Source of the DNA: Dehalococcoidia bacterium
Lineage (GTDB): Bacteria > Chloroflexota > Dehalococcoidia > UBA6926
Direction: 5' to 3'
DNA length: 64,000 nucleotides
NCBI GenBank assembly: GCA_045562535.1
Contig: JBJKVP010000004.1
Coordinates: 2,318 to 66,317 of the forward strand
In this document: positions 18,157 through 27,768 of the stretch, one piece after another
How the letters are laid out: the number at the start of each line of letters is the position of its first letter
How positions within the stretch are numbered: the first letter of the stretch is position 1
Made by a program: the position numbers and the translations under genes
The notes under the pieces: model-generated
The model's input: the letters and a program-made list of their open reading frames with translations, nothing else
What the model was told of the DNA's origin: nothing
Databases searched by the model: none

Positions 18157-18825
18157 TTAACCTTTCTTATTTTTACTGTTTTTTATCGCCTTTATGATAT
18201 CTTCTGTAGATTGTGTTTTCCCAATTATCAAATCTACAATCCTCATCGCAGGCTCTTGTAATCCGATATCCCATGATAATGTCGAATCAGAAGCCACTAT
18301 AACATCAAAATCTCTTACATTCGCATCAAACGCGGTATGCAAGACACAAGCGTATGTAATCGTCCCTACCAAAATAACGGTTGTTATACCTCGTCTCCTA
18401 AGAGCGACCTCCAAATCAGTACCATAAAACGCAGAGAAGCTTCTCTTTTGAACAATATATTCTCCGGTCAATGGTTTCAATTCATCATGAATCTCTGAGC
18501 CCCAACTTCCAGGCTCTAAAGAGGGTGCTCCTTGAGCCGCAGATACCGCTTCAAAAGTAGCAGGAACTATGTCGTGAATCGTACTTACAGCATCCGGTAC
18601 TGAATCTCTTATTATTTGTGTGTGCACAATAAAAAAACCAGATTCCCGTGCTGCTTCTAGTACGGGTTTTATTTTGGGTATTCCGTCAGTAACAAGTTGG
18701 GGATTTAGCCCAAGTGGTGCTATAAGGTCTGAATTACGGCCATAAAAACCTTCTTGATGGCAAAAATCGTTTTGCATATCAATAATGATCAACGCAGCGT
18801 TATCAGAGCTTAAGTTATAAACCAT
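18157..18825 (-). CDS. isochorismatase-family cysteine hydrolase
   Basis: ALIIIDMQNDFC near the N-terminus and VGTITYACV with the catalytic Cys context. Confidence 0.8.
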   Translation of the reverse strand: MVYNLSSDNAALIIIDMQNDFCHQEGFYGRNSDLIAPLGLNPQLVTDGIPKIKPVLEAARESGFFIVHTQIIRDSVPDAVSTIHDIVPATFEAVSAAQGAPSLEPGSWGSEIHDELKPLTGEYIVQKRSFSAFYGTDLEVALRRRGITTVILVGTITYACVLHTAFDANVRDFDVIVASDSTLSWDIGLQEPAMRIVDLIIGKTQSTEDIIKAIKNSKNKKG

Positions 18826-18887
18826 AATTGCCTACCAACTTATACAATCCCTAAAAGGAAGATCTCTTTTAACATCCCCAACAGGTA

Positions 18888-19763
18888 TTATTCCTTCTTT
18901 TCTGAGCGCGGGCCAAAAGGTTCTGGCTGAAAAGGACCATCACGTTGTTGTAAAAATCCTCTCATTCCACCTTGTTCTCGAGCCTCTTCTAACGGTCTAA
19001 GAACATCTTCTCGTCTTGAAGAATGAACCAACGCAGAAAGCTCGCCATTTAATACCATTGCATTTCTAAAACCCATCATCTCCAAACCCATAGTTGCAAC
19101 ATGTAGGTTAATTTTTACTGTTTCCGGAGATACTAAAGCTATTCTTTCAACAATACTAAAACAATGATCAATCAATTCATCCTGAGGAACAACTTGATTA
19201 ATAATTCCTATTCTCAAAGCTTCCTCAGCATCTATATGGTCGCCAGTTAAGCTATATCGTAATGCATTCTTATAGCCTGCATTCAACGTCCAAATGAAAC
19301 TTGTGTTTGATATCATTCGAACCTCGGGTTGAGAAAATACCGCGTTCTCAGATGCATATGTCATATGAGAGAACAATGCATACCACGATCCACCACCCAT
19401 GCACCAACCGTTTACAGCGGCAATAACTGGCTTATTCAGTTCCCAAAGATGCATCCATTTATCTGGACGATCTTGTGTGCGCCATCTATCTAATAACTCA
19501 GCGACACTACTCCCTTCGGGAATTCCATAAGGCCAAACATTAGGAGCTCGATCACCCGCTATATCAAACCCTGCTGAAAATGCCCTACCAGCTCCAGTCA
19601 GTACGATCGCTCGAATTTCTGGATCGTTCTCTGCTTCAGTAAAAGCGGAATGTAATTCCGCAACAAGATCGGGGCTCAATGCATTTAGAGCTTCAGGTCT
19701 GTTAAGCGTAATTAACACACCTCCCCGCTGTTTTTCATATAATATATTTTCGTAATCCGACAT
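18888..19763 (-). CDS. crotonase family protein, paralog 2
   Basis: Collinear with paralog 1 and shares the RDGPFQPEPFGPRS tail. Confidence 0.8.
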   Translation of the reverse strand: MSDYENILYEKQRGGVLITLNRPEALNALSPDLVAELHSAFTEAENDPEIRAIVLTGAGRAFSAGFDIAGDRAPNVWPYGIPEGSSVAELLDRWRTQDRPDKWMHLWELNKPVIAAVNGWCMGGGSWYALFSHMTYASENAVFSQPEVRMISNTSFIWTLNAGYKNALRYSLTGDHIDAEEALRIGIINQVVPQDELIDHCFSIVERIALVSPETVKINLHVATMGLEMMGFRNAMVLNGELSALVHSSRREDVLRPLEEAREQGGMRGFLQQRDGPFQPEPFGPRSEKKE

Positions 19764-19792
19764 ATTATTCCTCCTCCATAATCCTACAAATT

Positions 19793-20683
19793 TTATCTTT
19801 TCTTAGATCTTGGGCCAAAAGGTTCTGGTTGAAAGGGACCATCACGAACTGTTAAAAACCCTTTCATTCCTTGTTCTGTAAGCGCATCAAACATTTCTTT
19901 TCTATATGGTTCGCTTGACGAAGAATGTGCTGCCGCAGATAATTCTCCATTCAGTTTAAGAGCATTAGCAAGCCCCATCATTTCAAGTCCCATAGTAGCA
20001 ACATGTAAATTAATTTTCACAGTTTCGGGTGATACTAGTGCAATCCTTTCAACCAATTGAAAGCACTCCTCCAACAAATCATCATGAGGAACAATTTTAT
20101 TTATTATGCCGATTCGAAGTGCTTCATCCGCATCAATATGGTCACCTGTTAGGCTATATCTTAATGCGTTCTTATATCCTGCATTTAATACCCAGAAGAA
20201 ACTAGTGTTTGATATGTGTCTAACTTCAGGTTGCCCGAATACTGCTTGATCAGATGCGTACGTCATATGCGTTGCAACTGCATACCAAGATGCTCCTCCC
20301 ATCGCCCATCCATTTATAGCACCAATAACGGGTTTGGTTAGTTCCCACATATGTAAAAGCTTATTTATCCCTGCATTATCATTGGTACGCCACAAATCAA
20401 GTATTTCAGCCACGCTTTGGCCAGGAGCTACACCATATGGCCATACAAAATCACGCATCGGGGCATCAGGAACACCCATATCATATCCTGCAGAAAACGC
20501 TCGGCCAGCTCCAGTCAAAACAATAGCTCGAACCTCTGGATCGGCTTCTGCTTCATCTAAAGCCAAATGAAGCTCATCTTCTAATTGAGGGGTGATAGCG
20601 TTCAATGCCTCTGGTCTATTAAGAGTAATCAATACTCCTTTACGTTGTTTCTCGTATAAAATATTTTCATAGTTCCCCATCAA
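19793..20683 (-). CDS. crotonase family protein, paralog 3
   Basis: Collinear with paralogs 1 and 2 and shares the RDGPFQPEPFGPRS tail. Confidence 0.8.
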   Translation of the reverse strand: MMGNYENILYEKQRKGVLITLNRPEALNAITPQLEDELHLALDEAEADPEVRAIVLTGAGRAFSAGYDMGVPDAPMRDFVWPYGVAPGQSVAEILDLWRTNDNAGINKLLHMWELTKPVIGAINGWAMGGASWYAVATHMTYASDQAVFGQPEVRHISNTSFFWVLNAGYKNALRYSLTGDHIDADEALRIGIINKIVPHDDLLEECFQLVERIALVSPETVKINLHVATMGLEMMGLANALKLNGELSAAAHSSSSEPYRKEMFDALTEQGMKGFLTVRDGPFQPEPFGPRSKKR

Positions 20684-20741
20684 TAAACTCCTCTATTATT
20701 ATTAATGCGCTGCGCGCAGACAATTATACTACTCCGTAAAT

Positions 20742-21215
20742 TTAGTCAGATAAAGCCTCAACTGCACTTAACACTTCTTCTGCATGTGTCGCCGTTTTAA
20801 CGCGTCGCCATATTTTTTCAATCGTCCCATTTTTATTAATCAAAAAGGTTTGTCGTAAAACTCCTTCAAAAACTCGACCATACATCTTTTTTTCACCGTA
20901 AGCTCCAAATTGTTTAGCTACCTCAGCTTCTGGATCAGTTAGAAGAGGAAATGGCAAAGAGTATTTATTAGTGAATTTATTATGTGACTCAATACTATCT
21001 CGACTCACGCCTAAAACTACGACTCCCTTTTCAGTTAGTGCATCGTAATTATCTCTAAATCCACATGCTTCTTTAGTACACCCTGGTGTATCATCTTTAG
21101 GGTAAAAATATAAAACTACTGTTGAGCCTCTGAGGTCCGAGCTTATAATATTGGAGCCATCAGTTGAGGGTAAAGAAAAATTAGGAGAATCATCACCTAT
21201 GTTTATATCAGTCAT
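20742..21215 (-). CDS. bcp: thiol peroxidase / peroxiredoxin Bcp
   Basis: 157 aa with the YFYPKDDTPGCTKEAC motif. Confidence 0.85.
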   Translation of the reverse strand: MTDINIGDDSPNFSLPSTDGSNIISSDLRGSTVVLYFYPKDDTPGCTKEACGFRDNYDALTEKGVVVLGVSRDSIESHNKFTNKYSLPFPLLTDPEAEVAKQFGAYGEKKMYGRVFEGVLRQTFLINKNGTIEKIWRRVKTATHAEEVLSAVEALSD

Positions 21216-21290
21216 TTATTAACCCCCTCGTCAATAACTGCACCAATGTGATACTCAAAAATATGAGACACCCAATAATAACCTACTTTT

Positions 21291-22307
21291 ATGAAAAAGG
21301 TTACTGAAATGTTACTAATTACAGGTGGATCAGGCTTTATAGGTAAATACTTATCCGCCCACATACTTCTTACTACGGATGAAAAAATCCGAATCTTCTC
21401 CAACAATCCCAACAAGTTCTTTTTCGGCCTGGAAGATATATTACTATCATCTTTAGATCATATTAAAACTCTGGGTTCCTCAGGATTCTATTCTAAAAAA
21501 CAGATAGATTTTGCGAAAAACCGATACGAGAACCGAGAGTTATTAATTACAGAAACCATTGAAATTTGTAAAGGCGACATAACTAATAAACAAGATGTGA
21601 CCGCAGCGTTAGCCGAAGTAGATAAGGTAATACACGCAGCAGGAATACTAAATGCAAGAAAGACCCAAACGGTGGAACGTGTAAATTACTCTGGCACCAA
21701 AAACTTGGTAGAACTCATGGTCAAAAATCAAATAGCCCCCCTAATCAATATAGGTATACTAGGAACATCAGAAAATTCTAAATTCTCCTTCCACCATTCT
21801 AAATGGAAGGCAGAGCAAGAAATCATACAAAGTGGAATCGAATTTAAACTATTTAAAACTTCATTAGTTCTAGGTAAGGATGATAATTTTACAAAAAGAA
21901 TGAGACGAGCAATTTCTTTCCCATTCCCAATTCTCCCACTACCTGAAAAAAAGAACATTTATTTACAACCAATATTAGTTAATGACTTTGCCACAGCGGT
22001 ATTATCTTGTTTAAACGGTGGCTCTAGCAAGCATAATGTATATGAAATAGGAGGCCCCGAATATTTTTCACTCAAACAAATCTTGAGCATTTACCTAGGT
22101 CTAATGGGAAAACAAAGGCTTATAATTCCTATACCACCAAGTATCTTAACCGTTCCTGCAAAAGTTCTAGAACTTATTATGCCTGATCCATTTATTACAA
22201 GTACCGAACTCCAAGGTTTATCTCAAAATAACACCGGAGAACTGAATTCAATCTACGAGTATTTTGGATTCAATCCACTGCCTATTAAAGATAATTTAGT
22301 TCTTTAA
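21291..22307 (+). CDS. NAD(P)-binding Rossmann protein (SDR/NmrA/NDUFA9-like epimerase-dehydratase family)
   Basis: ITGGSGFIGKYL glycine-rich loop. The start could be the internal ATG at 21309. Confidence 0.7.
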   Translation: MKKVTEMLLITGGSGFIGKYLSAHILLTTDEKIRIFSNNPNKFFFGLEDILLSSLDHIKTLGSSGFYSKKQIDFAKNRYENRELLITETIEICKGDITNKQDVTAALAEVDKVIHAAGILNARKTQTVERVNYSGTKNLVELMVKNQIAPLINIGILGTSENSKFSFHHSKWKAEQEIIQSGIEFKLFKTSLVLGKDDNFTKRMRRAISFPFPILPLPEKKNIYLQPILVNDFATAVLSCLNGGSSKHNVYEIGGPEYFSLKQILSIYLGLMGKQRLIIPIPPSILTVPAKVLELIMPDPFITSTELQGLSQNNTGELNSIYEYFGFNPLPIKDNLVL

Positions 22308-22606
22308 GGAACATCCCTCGCGCTCGCGAGTCCCTCTATGAATTCTTCTACGGGGAACGCTGGCATTGTTGTTATCTGAATAGTGCCTCTTGATCCTAAT
22401 TCTAAAGAAACTCTTGATATAGTCTCATTATCTGGAGCCTCCACAATATTTACAAAATCATATGCCCCAAGCACAGCATATTGAGCAATAACTTTTGCTC
22501 CCCAAGTTTCGATCTCTCGGCTAACTTCTTGAATTCTTTCAGGTCTATTTTTTACGGTCTTTCGACCCTCATCAGTTAAAGTGCTAAGTAACACATAGGT
22601 TGCCAT
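22304..22606 (-). CDS. GYD-domain protein
   Basis: MATYVLLSTLTDEG...GAYDFVNIVEAPDNET, about 100 aa. An AGGAGG RBS lies before ATG 22606. Confidence 0.7.
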   Translation of the reverse strand: MATYVLLSTLTDEGRKTVKNRPERIQEVSREIETWGAKVIAQYAVLGAYDFVNIVEAPDNETISRVSLELGSRGTIQITTMPAFPVEEFIEGLASARDVP

Positions 22607-22802
22607 CAAATTTCCTCCTAAAATAATTACCCTAATCAATCAATCAATATGTTAAGTTCATAAACTTGAGTTACTAATATACCAAATTTACCTCGCAATT
22701 TATTCGAGAATAGAAATATGATTATTAAAATTCATTAATTAACGATGGTACAATACGTTTGTTGGGGTAATTGGTACTTCCATAGGAATTACAGAGAGAT
22801 TT

Positions 22803-23597
22803 ATGCCTGAAAGTAAATATATTGATGTACAAGATATAAAAATCCATTACTTAGAATGGGGTAACCCAAAATCCCCTGATTTGATAATGGTACATGGGTG
22901 GACCAACCTTTCTCAATCTTGGGCTGAAATCGCTACTGCTCTCGAAAACGACTACCACATAATCGCACCAGATAATCGTGGACACGGCGATTCAGAAAAA
23001 CCTGGTACGGGCTATTATTTACAAGATTTTGTACAAGACACTAAAGAAATTATTGAAAATTTAGATTTGGAAAAACCAACATATATCGGGCATTCCTGGG
23101 GTGCTAATATTGGGACTATGCTCGCCGCAAACCACCCAAATCTTATCTCTAAAGCTTTCCTCGAAGACCCTGTTTATTGGAAATTTATCCACTCTTTTGT
23201 CACAAGCTTACCAGTCGGATTAGCTCGATTAGAAAAAACAGAATCAGAAATTCGTACAGAAGCAGAATCGAAAGGCCTTACGGAAGCAGAGACTACAAGA
23301 GAAATATTCCGACACCACCATTTTTCAGGTAATGCATTAACTCATCTTTTACAGGACAATAGAAATTGGGCTTTAGATTGTGAAAATTATTTAAGAAGAA
23401 TCTCAATCCCCACAATGGTTTTGATCGGCAACAGCGAACTAGGTGGTGCCATAATTCCTGAAGAAATGAATTATTTTTCAGATATTACATCTGATTCAGT
23501 CAACTTTAAGGTATGGGACGATACGGGTCACGGGATGCATGCTGCACAACCTAAAAGATATATAGATGAGTTGCGTGCTTTTATTACTCAACTATGA
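22803..23597 (+). CDS. alpha/beta-fold hydrolase
   Basis: HGW oxyanion region, nucleophile elbow GHSWGA, and C-terminal GH. Confidence 0.8.
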   Translation: MPESKYIDVQDIKIHYLEWGNPKSPDLIMVHGWTNLSQSWAEIATALENDYHIIAPDNRGHGDSEKPGTGYYLQDFVQDTKEIIENLDLEKPTYIGHSWGANIGTMLAANHPNLISKAFLEDPVYWKFIHSFVTSLPVGLARLEKTESEIRTEAESKGLTEAETTREIFRHHHFSGNALTHLLQDNRNWALDCENYLRRISIPTMVLIGNSELGGAIIPEEMNYFSDITSDSVNFKVWDDTGHGMHAAQPKRYIDELRAFITQL

Positions 23598-23743
23598 TGA
23601 TATTAACAATAACAAATATATAGATTAGAGTTAGTAAGATAAATAAGACACCAGGATCTAACGAAAAGAAACCTCCTAAAATATTAGCGTCTATCTACGA
23701 TACTTCCTATCGCAGGCTATGGTTTGCCGGAATTTTTTGGTAC

Positions 23744-24892
23744 ATGAATCGCATGATGGAAGTGACTATTCTATCTTGGCTGGTCCTAGAGCTTACCGAT
23801 TCGCCTTTCCAAGTAGCAATGGTCGGAATATCTAGGATGTCTCCGATGTTTATTCTCGGTCTCGTAGCTGGCAGTATTGCTGATAAATTTCCTAAAAAGC
23901 GAACGATGGTTCAACTACAGTTATTCAATATACTAGTGACTTCTATTACTTTCTTCATGATAACTTTTGGTGATATCCAGCCAATTCACATCTTTATCTC
24001 TACATTTTGTCTTGGGTCATCGTGGTCTCTTGATTTCGCAACCAGGAGGTCGTTTTTTGCTGGACTATTCGAAGAAGACAAACTATCAAATGCAGTATCA
24101 TTGGATGTAGCTCTTCTTTTTGGTAGTTTACTACTAGGCCCAATGTTTTCCGGAGCACTAATAAGGCTATCTGGATTTCCATTGGCTTACGGAATGATCT
24201 TACTATTCTACTTATTGGCTCTATTGATTTTATCCAGAGTTCCCAAATCCATAAATGACACAAAGAATAACTCAGATATACCAATTGCAAAGCAGCTTTT
24301 TGAAGCAATACATATGATAACCTCTAATCGATCTCTATGGTCGGCCCTTACTGTTACAGTTGCCTTAAATTTCTTCGGTTTCCCATATCTACAAATGGTG
24401 CCAGTTATTGCCAGAGACGTGCTAAACGCAAATGCATTTTGGTATGGAGTCCTCGTTTCGAGTGCTGGACTTGGCTCACTCATAGCCTCTCTATTAATAG
24501 CCGCTAAAGAAATTGAGAAAAAACATGTCGTATATTCATTAGGTGCAACACTAATGTTATTTGCAGTTTTAATATTTTCATTATCCAATACGTACATTCT
24601 ATCTTTAGGAGCGCTTATCTTAGCTGGGGTTGGAATGTCTGGATTTGCAACTATGCAACCTACTATTGCACTTCAATCGGTCAACAAGGATATGCAAGGC
24701 AGATCAATGGGGGCCATTGCGCTAGGGATTGGAGCTGCACCACCTGGAATGTGGGTTCTCGGGCAAGCATCTGAGTACGTCGGTCCTCAATCTGCTCTCA
24801 CCATTTTTGCTATTTCAGGAATTATTTTAATTACGATACTCAGATTCACTCTCCCTGAATTAAGAAACAAAGAGCGACTAAAGAAAAGCTAG
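23744..24892 (+). CDS. MFS transporter (the N-terminus probably begins upstream of the first canonical start)
   Basis: About 11-12 TM segments. The family-typical YRRLWFAG segment lies in frame upstream of ATG 23744. Confidence 0.7.
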   Translation: MNRMMEVTILSWLVLELTDSPFQVAMVGISRMSPMFILGLVAGSIADKFPKKRTMVQLQLFNILVTSITFFMITFGDIQPIHIFISTFCLGSSWSLDFATRRSFFAGLFEEDKLSNAVSLDVALLFGSLLLGPMFSGALIRLSGFPLAYGMILLFYLLALLILSRVPKSINDTKNNSDIPIAKQLFEAIHMITSNRSLWSALTVTVALNFFGFPYLQMVPVIARDVLNANAFWYGVLVSSAGLGSLIASLLIAAKEIEKKHVVYSLGATLMLFAVLIFSLSNTYILSLGALILAGVGMSGFATMQPTIALQSVNKDMQGRSMGAIALGIGAAPPGMWVLGQASEYVGPQSALTIFAISGIILITILRFTLPELRNKERLKKS

Positions 24893-26067
24893 AGGTTATC
24901 AGGATCGCCTGAATCAGGCCCTTGTTCTACGGGTTCTTTGACAATATGTACTGATCTCTGTGGAAAAGGTATCGATATACCTAATTCATCAAACTTCCTT
25001 TTAACTCTCAGTCGATATTCACCTGCAACATTCCATTGCTGCATTGGCACTGTTTCTCCCAAAACACGAATATCTATGGATGAGTCTCCAAAATTATCAA
25101 CTCTAATAGCTTTAATTGGGTCAATAATTAAAGGACCCCATTCAGCATCAGAATGCATGTTTGATCCAACCTCATTTAGTGTCTCAATAACTGAATCAAG
25201 ATCTTCTTCATAAGCAACTCCAATATTGAAATTAACTCGTGATTTATCTTTAGTATAGTTTGATGCAGTTCTAATCTCTCCATTAGGAATAAAATGTTGG
25301 CGGTAATCTAAATCTCTTAATATTGTTCGCCTTAAATTTATATCTTCTACAAGACCTCCTATATCAGCAATTCTTACAATATCTCCTACACGATATTGAT
25401 TCTCTAAGATTATAAATATCCCTGCAAATATATCTCTAACTAGATTCTGAGCTCCAAACCCAACTGCAATTCCGACCACCCCAGCAGCTAATAGAAGGGG
25501 TGCTAGATCTATCCCTAATTCACCTAATATTATAAAAATAGCTGTTGATAAAACTAAGAGATTAGCTGCTTTAGACAACACTTGTACCAGTGTCGTTACG
25601 TTTTTCTCACGTTCTGATTCTAAAAGAGAGTCAGATTTAGCACTTATATGAAATCTTATTACCATAGGAATGGTGTAAGCAATCACCTTATTCGCGATCA
25701 CAACCAATAGCAATATGAGCAGTATTTTAGGTACAAAGGTAAAAGCAAAATGGATCACAGAATCCAGTATTTCAGTATAGGAAATAAATCTAGTCATAAG
25801 TTCTGTTCTTATAATGTTCTCGACGACAAGAATATATAAAATTAAGAAAAATATTGATCCAGATACCCGAATTATTCGAATTAGCAAGAAACGCAAAGAT
25901 TCTTGAGTACCACCAAATGTATTATTAACCAAATTTAAAAATGACCTTGTAATAAGTGGAGCTAAACCTATAACTAACAGTTCAAAAATCAAAAATAACC
26001 CGGATATAAATATGAGTTGCGATTGATTTTGAAGTATATTTTCATACACAATATTAATGTCAAACAT
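24889..26067 (-). CDS. mechanosensitive ion channel (MscS family)
   Basis: TM bundle followed by GFGAQNLVRDIFAGIFIILENQYRVGDIV, the beta-domain signature. Confidence 0.85.
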   Translation of the reverse strand: MFDINIVYENILQNQSQLIFISGLFLIFELLVIGLAPLITRSFLNLVNNTFGGTQESLRFLLIRIIRVSGSIFFLILYILVVENIIRTELMTRFISYTEILDSVIHFAFTFVPKILLILLLVVIANKVIAYTIPMVIRFHISAKSDSLLESEREKNVTTLVQVLSKAANLLVLSTAIFIILGELGIDLAPLLLAAGVVGIAVGFGAQNLVRDIFAGIFIILENQYRVGDIVRIADIGGLVEDINLRRTILRDLDYRQHFIPNGEIRTASNYTKDKSRVNFNIGVAYEEDLDSVIETLNEVGSNMHSDAEWGPLIIDPIKAIRVDNFGDSSIDIRVLGETVPMQQWNVAGEYRLRVKRKFDELGISIPFPQRSVHIVKEPVEQGPDSGDPDNL

Positions 26068-26122
26068 TCAAATCCTCTTCAATTTAAGCACACTATACTA
26101 TATGAATCGCATAAACTCGCTA

Positions 26123-26151
26123 TTGACAATACTATCGCACTTTGAATAATT
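26123..26151 (+). promoter_or_regulatory. candidate sigma70 promoter
   Basis: TTGACA (26123-26128), 17-nt spacer, ATAATT preceded by TG (extended -10). It lies 40 nt upstream of the LLM gene start. Confidence 0.4.
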
Positions 26152-26190
26152 GAGTTAGTTGTTAACAATTTACTCCAAAGGGAGGTAGTT

Positions 26191-27069
26191 ATGCGTATAG
26201 GTGTTGAACTTGCAATCAAGACACCTATTGGTGAGTTAATTGATCAGTTAAAGGCCTATGATTCTTACCCATTTACAAGAATCTGGGTTCCCGACTCATC
26301 TATATCTGAGTGGGAAATATTTAGCACTGCAGGTATAGTTGCTCATATTGTAAAAAACGCCAGAATCGGCATAGGAGTTACGTCTCCTTATCATCGGAAC
26401 CCAGCCACCTTAGCTCATGCTATTGCAACTTTAGATAATATATCTTCAGGACGAATTGATTTCACTATTGGGCGTGGTTCAAGGCCATATTTATCTAGTA
26501 TAGATGCAGAAGGGGATGATGACGCAGTAGTTGAAGCAATCGCAATAATCAAACAGTTGATCTACGGTGAAAAAGTTGATTTTCCGGGTAGTTCCTTTAA
26601 ATTTAGTAACGTATCCCAGAGAGTCATTACCCCCCAGAAAAATTTTCAATTTTTTATTGCATCAATGAGCGAATATTGGAACGACCTAGGTCTAGAACAC
26701 GCAGATGGGCTTCATGTTTATAGTACAAACTCGAACCTTTTAACAAAAGTAAAATCTTACAAAGAGCGATCAACTGACCCGTCGTTTAGAATTATCACCA
26801 CTCTGGGCTATGTTGAACCACCTGAAGTAAAAGAGTGGTGGGTATCAAATTTCGGCAATCATTACAATTTACAAAAACTTTCCGGGCGTAATCCTGGTGA
26901 GGCAAGCGTAACTGAGTTGGAATCGGAACTCACGTTTTCTGATGCCGAAGGCTTACAAAAGCAAATCGATAAAATGCAGGAATATTCCGTGGATGAGCTG
27001 ATGATAGCTTATAGAAGACCAGAAGACTTAGAAACAATAGCGAACATCGTAGACAAGATAAATATCTAA
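26191..27069 (+). CDS. LLM-class (luciferase-like) flavin/F420-dependent oxidoreductase
   Basis: 292 aa TIM-barrel-type text: MRIGVEL...RIWVPDS...GRIDFTIGRG. Confidence 0.7.
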   Translation: MRIGVELAIKTPIGELIDQLKAYDSYPFTRIWVPDSSISEWEIFSTAGIVAHIVKNARIGIGVTSPYHRNPATLAHAIATLDNISSGRIDFTIGRGSRPYLSSIDAEGDDDAVVEAIAIIKQLIYGEKVDFPGSSFKFSNVSQRVITPQKNFQFFIASMSEYWNDLGLEHADGLHVYSTNSNLLTKVKSYKERSTDPSFRIITTLGYVEPPEVKEWWVSNFGNHYNLQKLSGRNPGEASVTELESELTFSDAEGLQKQIDKMQEYSVDELMIAYRRPEDLETIANIVDKINI

Positions 27070-27075
27070 ACTTAT

Positions 27076-27765
27076 TTAAGCAATCTCGCCATCTTTTAGT
27101 TCAACGACTTTATCAACTACATCTATAAGAGCCCTATCATGTGTGGCTGCAATAATAGATATATCTCTCTCATTGACCAAGTCTCTAAATAACGCGAAAA
27201 TCCTTCTTGCAGTGATGGAATCAAGTTCTCCAGTAGGTTCATCAGCTAATATTACATCTGGAGAGGTAATTATCGCTCTCGCTATAGCGATTCTTTGCTG
27301 CTCACCTCCAGACAGCTCATATGGCCTATGATCCGCTCTATGAATCATCCCTACTAAATCTAAATTCTCTTTCACTCTACGATCCCGTTCTGATCTAGAA
27401 ATTTTTTGAATTCTTAATGGTAACTCAACATTTTCGTATGCTGTCAATAGAGGCATTAATGCAGAAGACTGAAAAACAATACCTACATGGTCACGCCTTA
27501 ATATAGCGAGTCCTTCATCAGAGATAGAACCTAAATCTTGATCTTTAAAATAAGTGGTTCCTTCTGAAGGTCGATCTAATCCTGCTACGATGTTTAGCAG
27601 TGTTGTTTTCCCCGATCCGGACCGCCCGACTAAAGATAGAAATTCTCCATAAGCAAGTTGGAAATCAACACCTTTCAAAGCATGTACTGATTGACCCGCC
27701 AACTCGTATCGCCTATGGACTCCCGATACATTAATTATATTGTCTGTTTTATTCATTTCATCCAT
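27076..27765 (-). CDS. ABC transporter ATP-binding protein (MacB/LolD/FtsE-type), ATPase 2
   Basis: GRSGSGKTT, LSGGEQQR, ILADEPTGELD. Confidence 0.85.
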   Translation of the reverse strand: MDEMNKTDNIINVSGVHRRYELAGQSVHALKGVDFQLAYGEFLSLVGRSGSGKTTLLNIVAGLDRPSEGTTYFKDQDLGSISDEGLAILRRDHVGIVFQSSALMPLLTAYENVELPLRIQKISRSERDRRVKENLDLVGMIHRADHRPYELSGGEQQRIAIARAIITSPDVILADEPTGELDSITARRIFALFRDLVNERDISIIAATHDRALIDVVDKVVELKDGEIA

Positions 27766-27768
27766 AAA

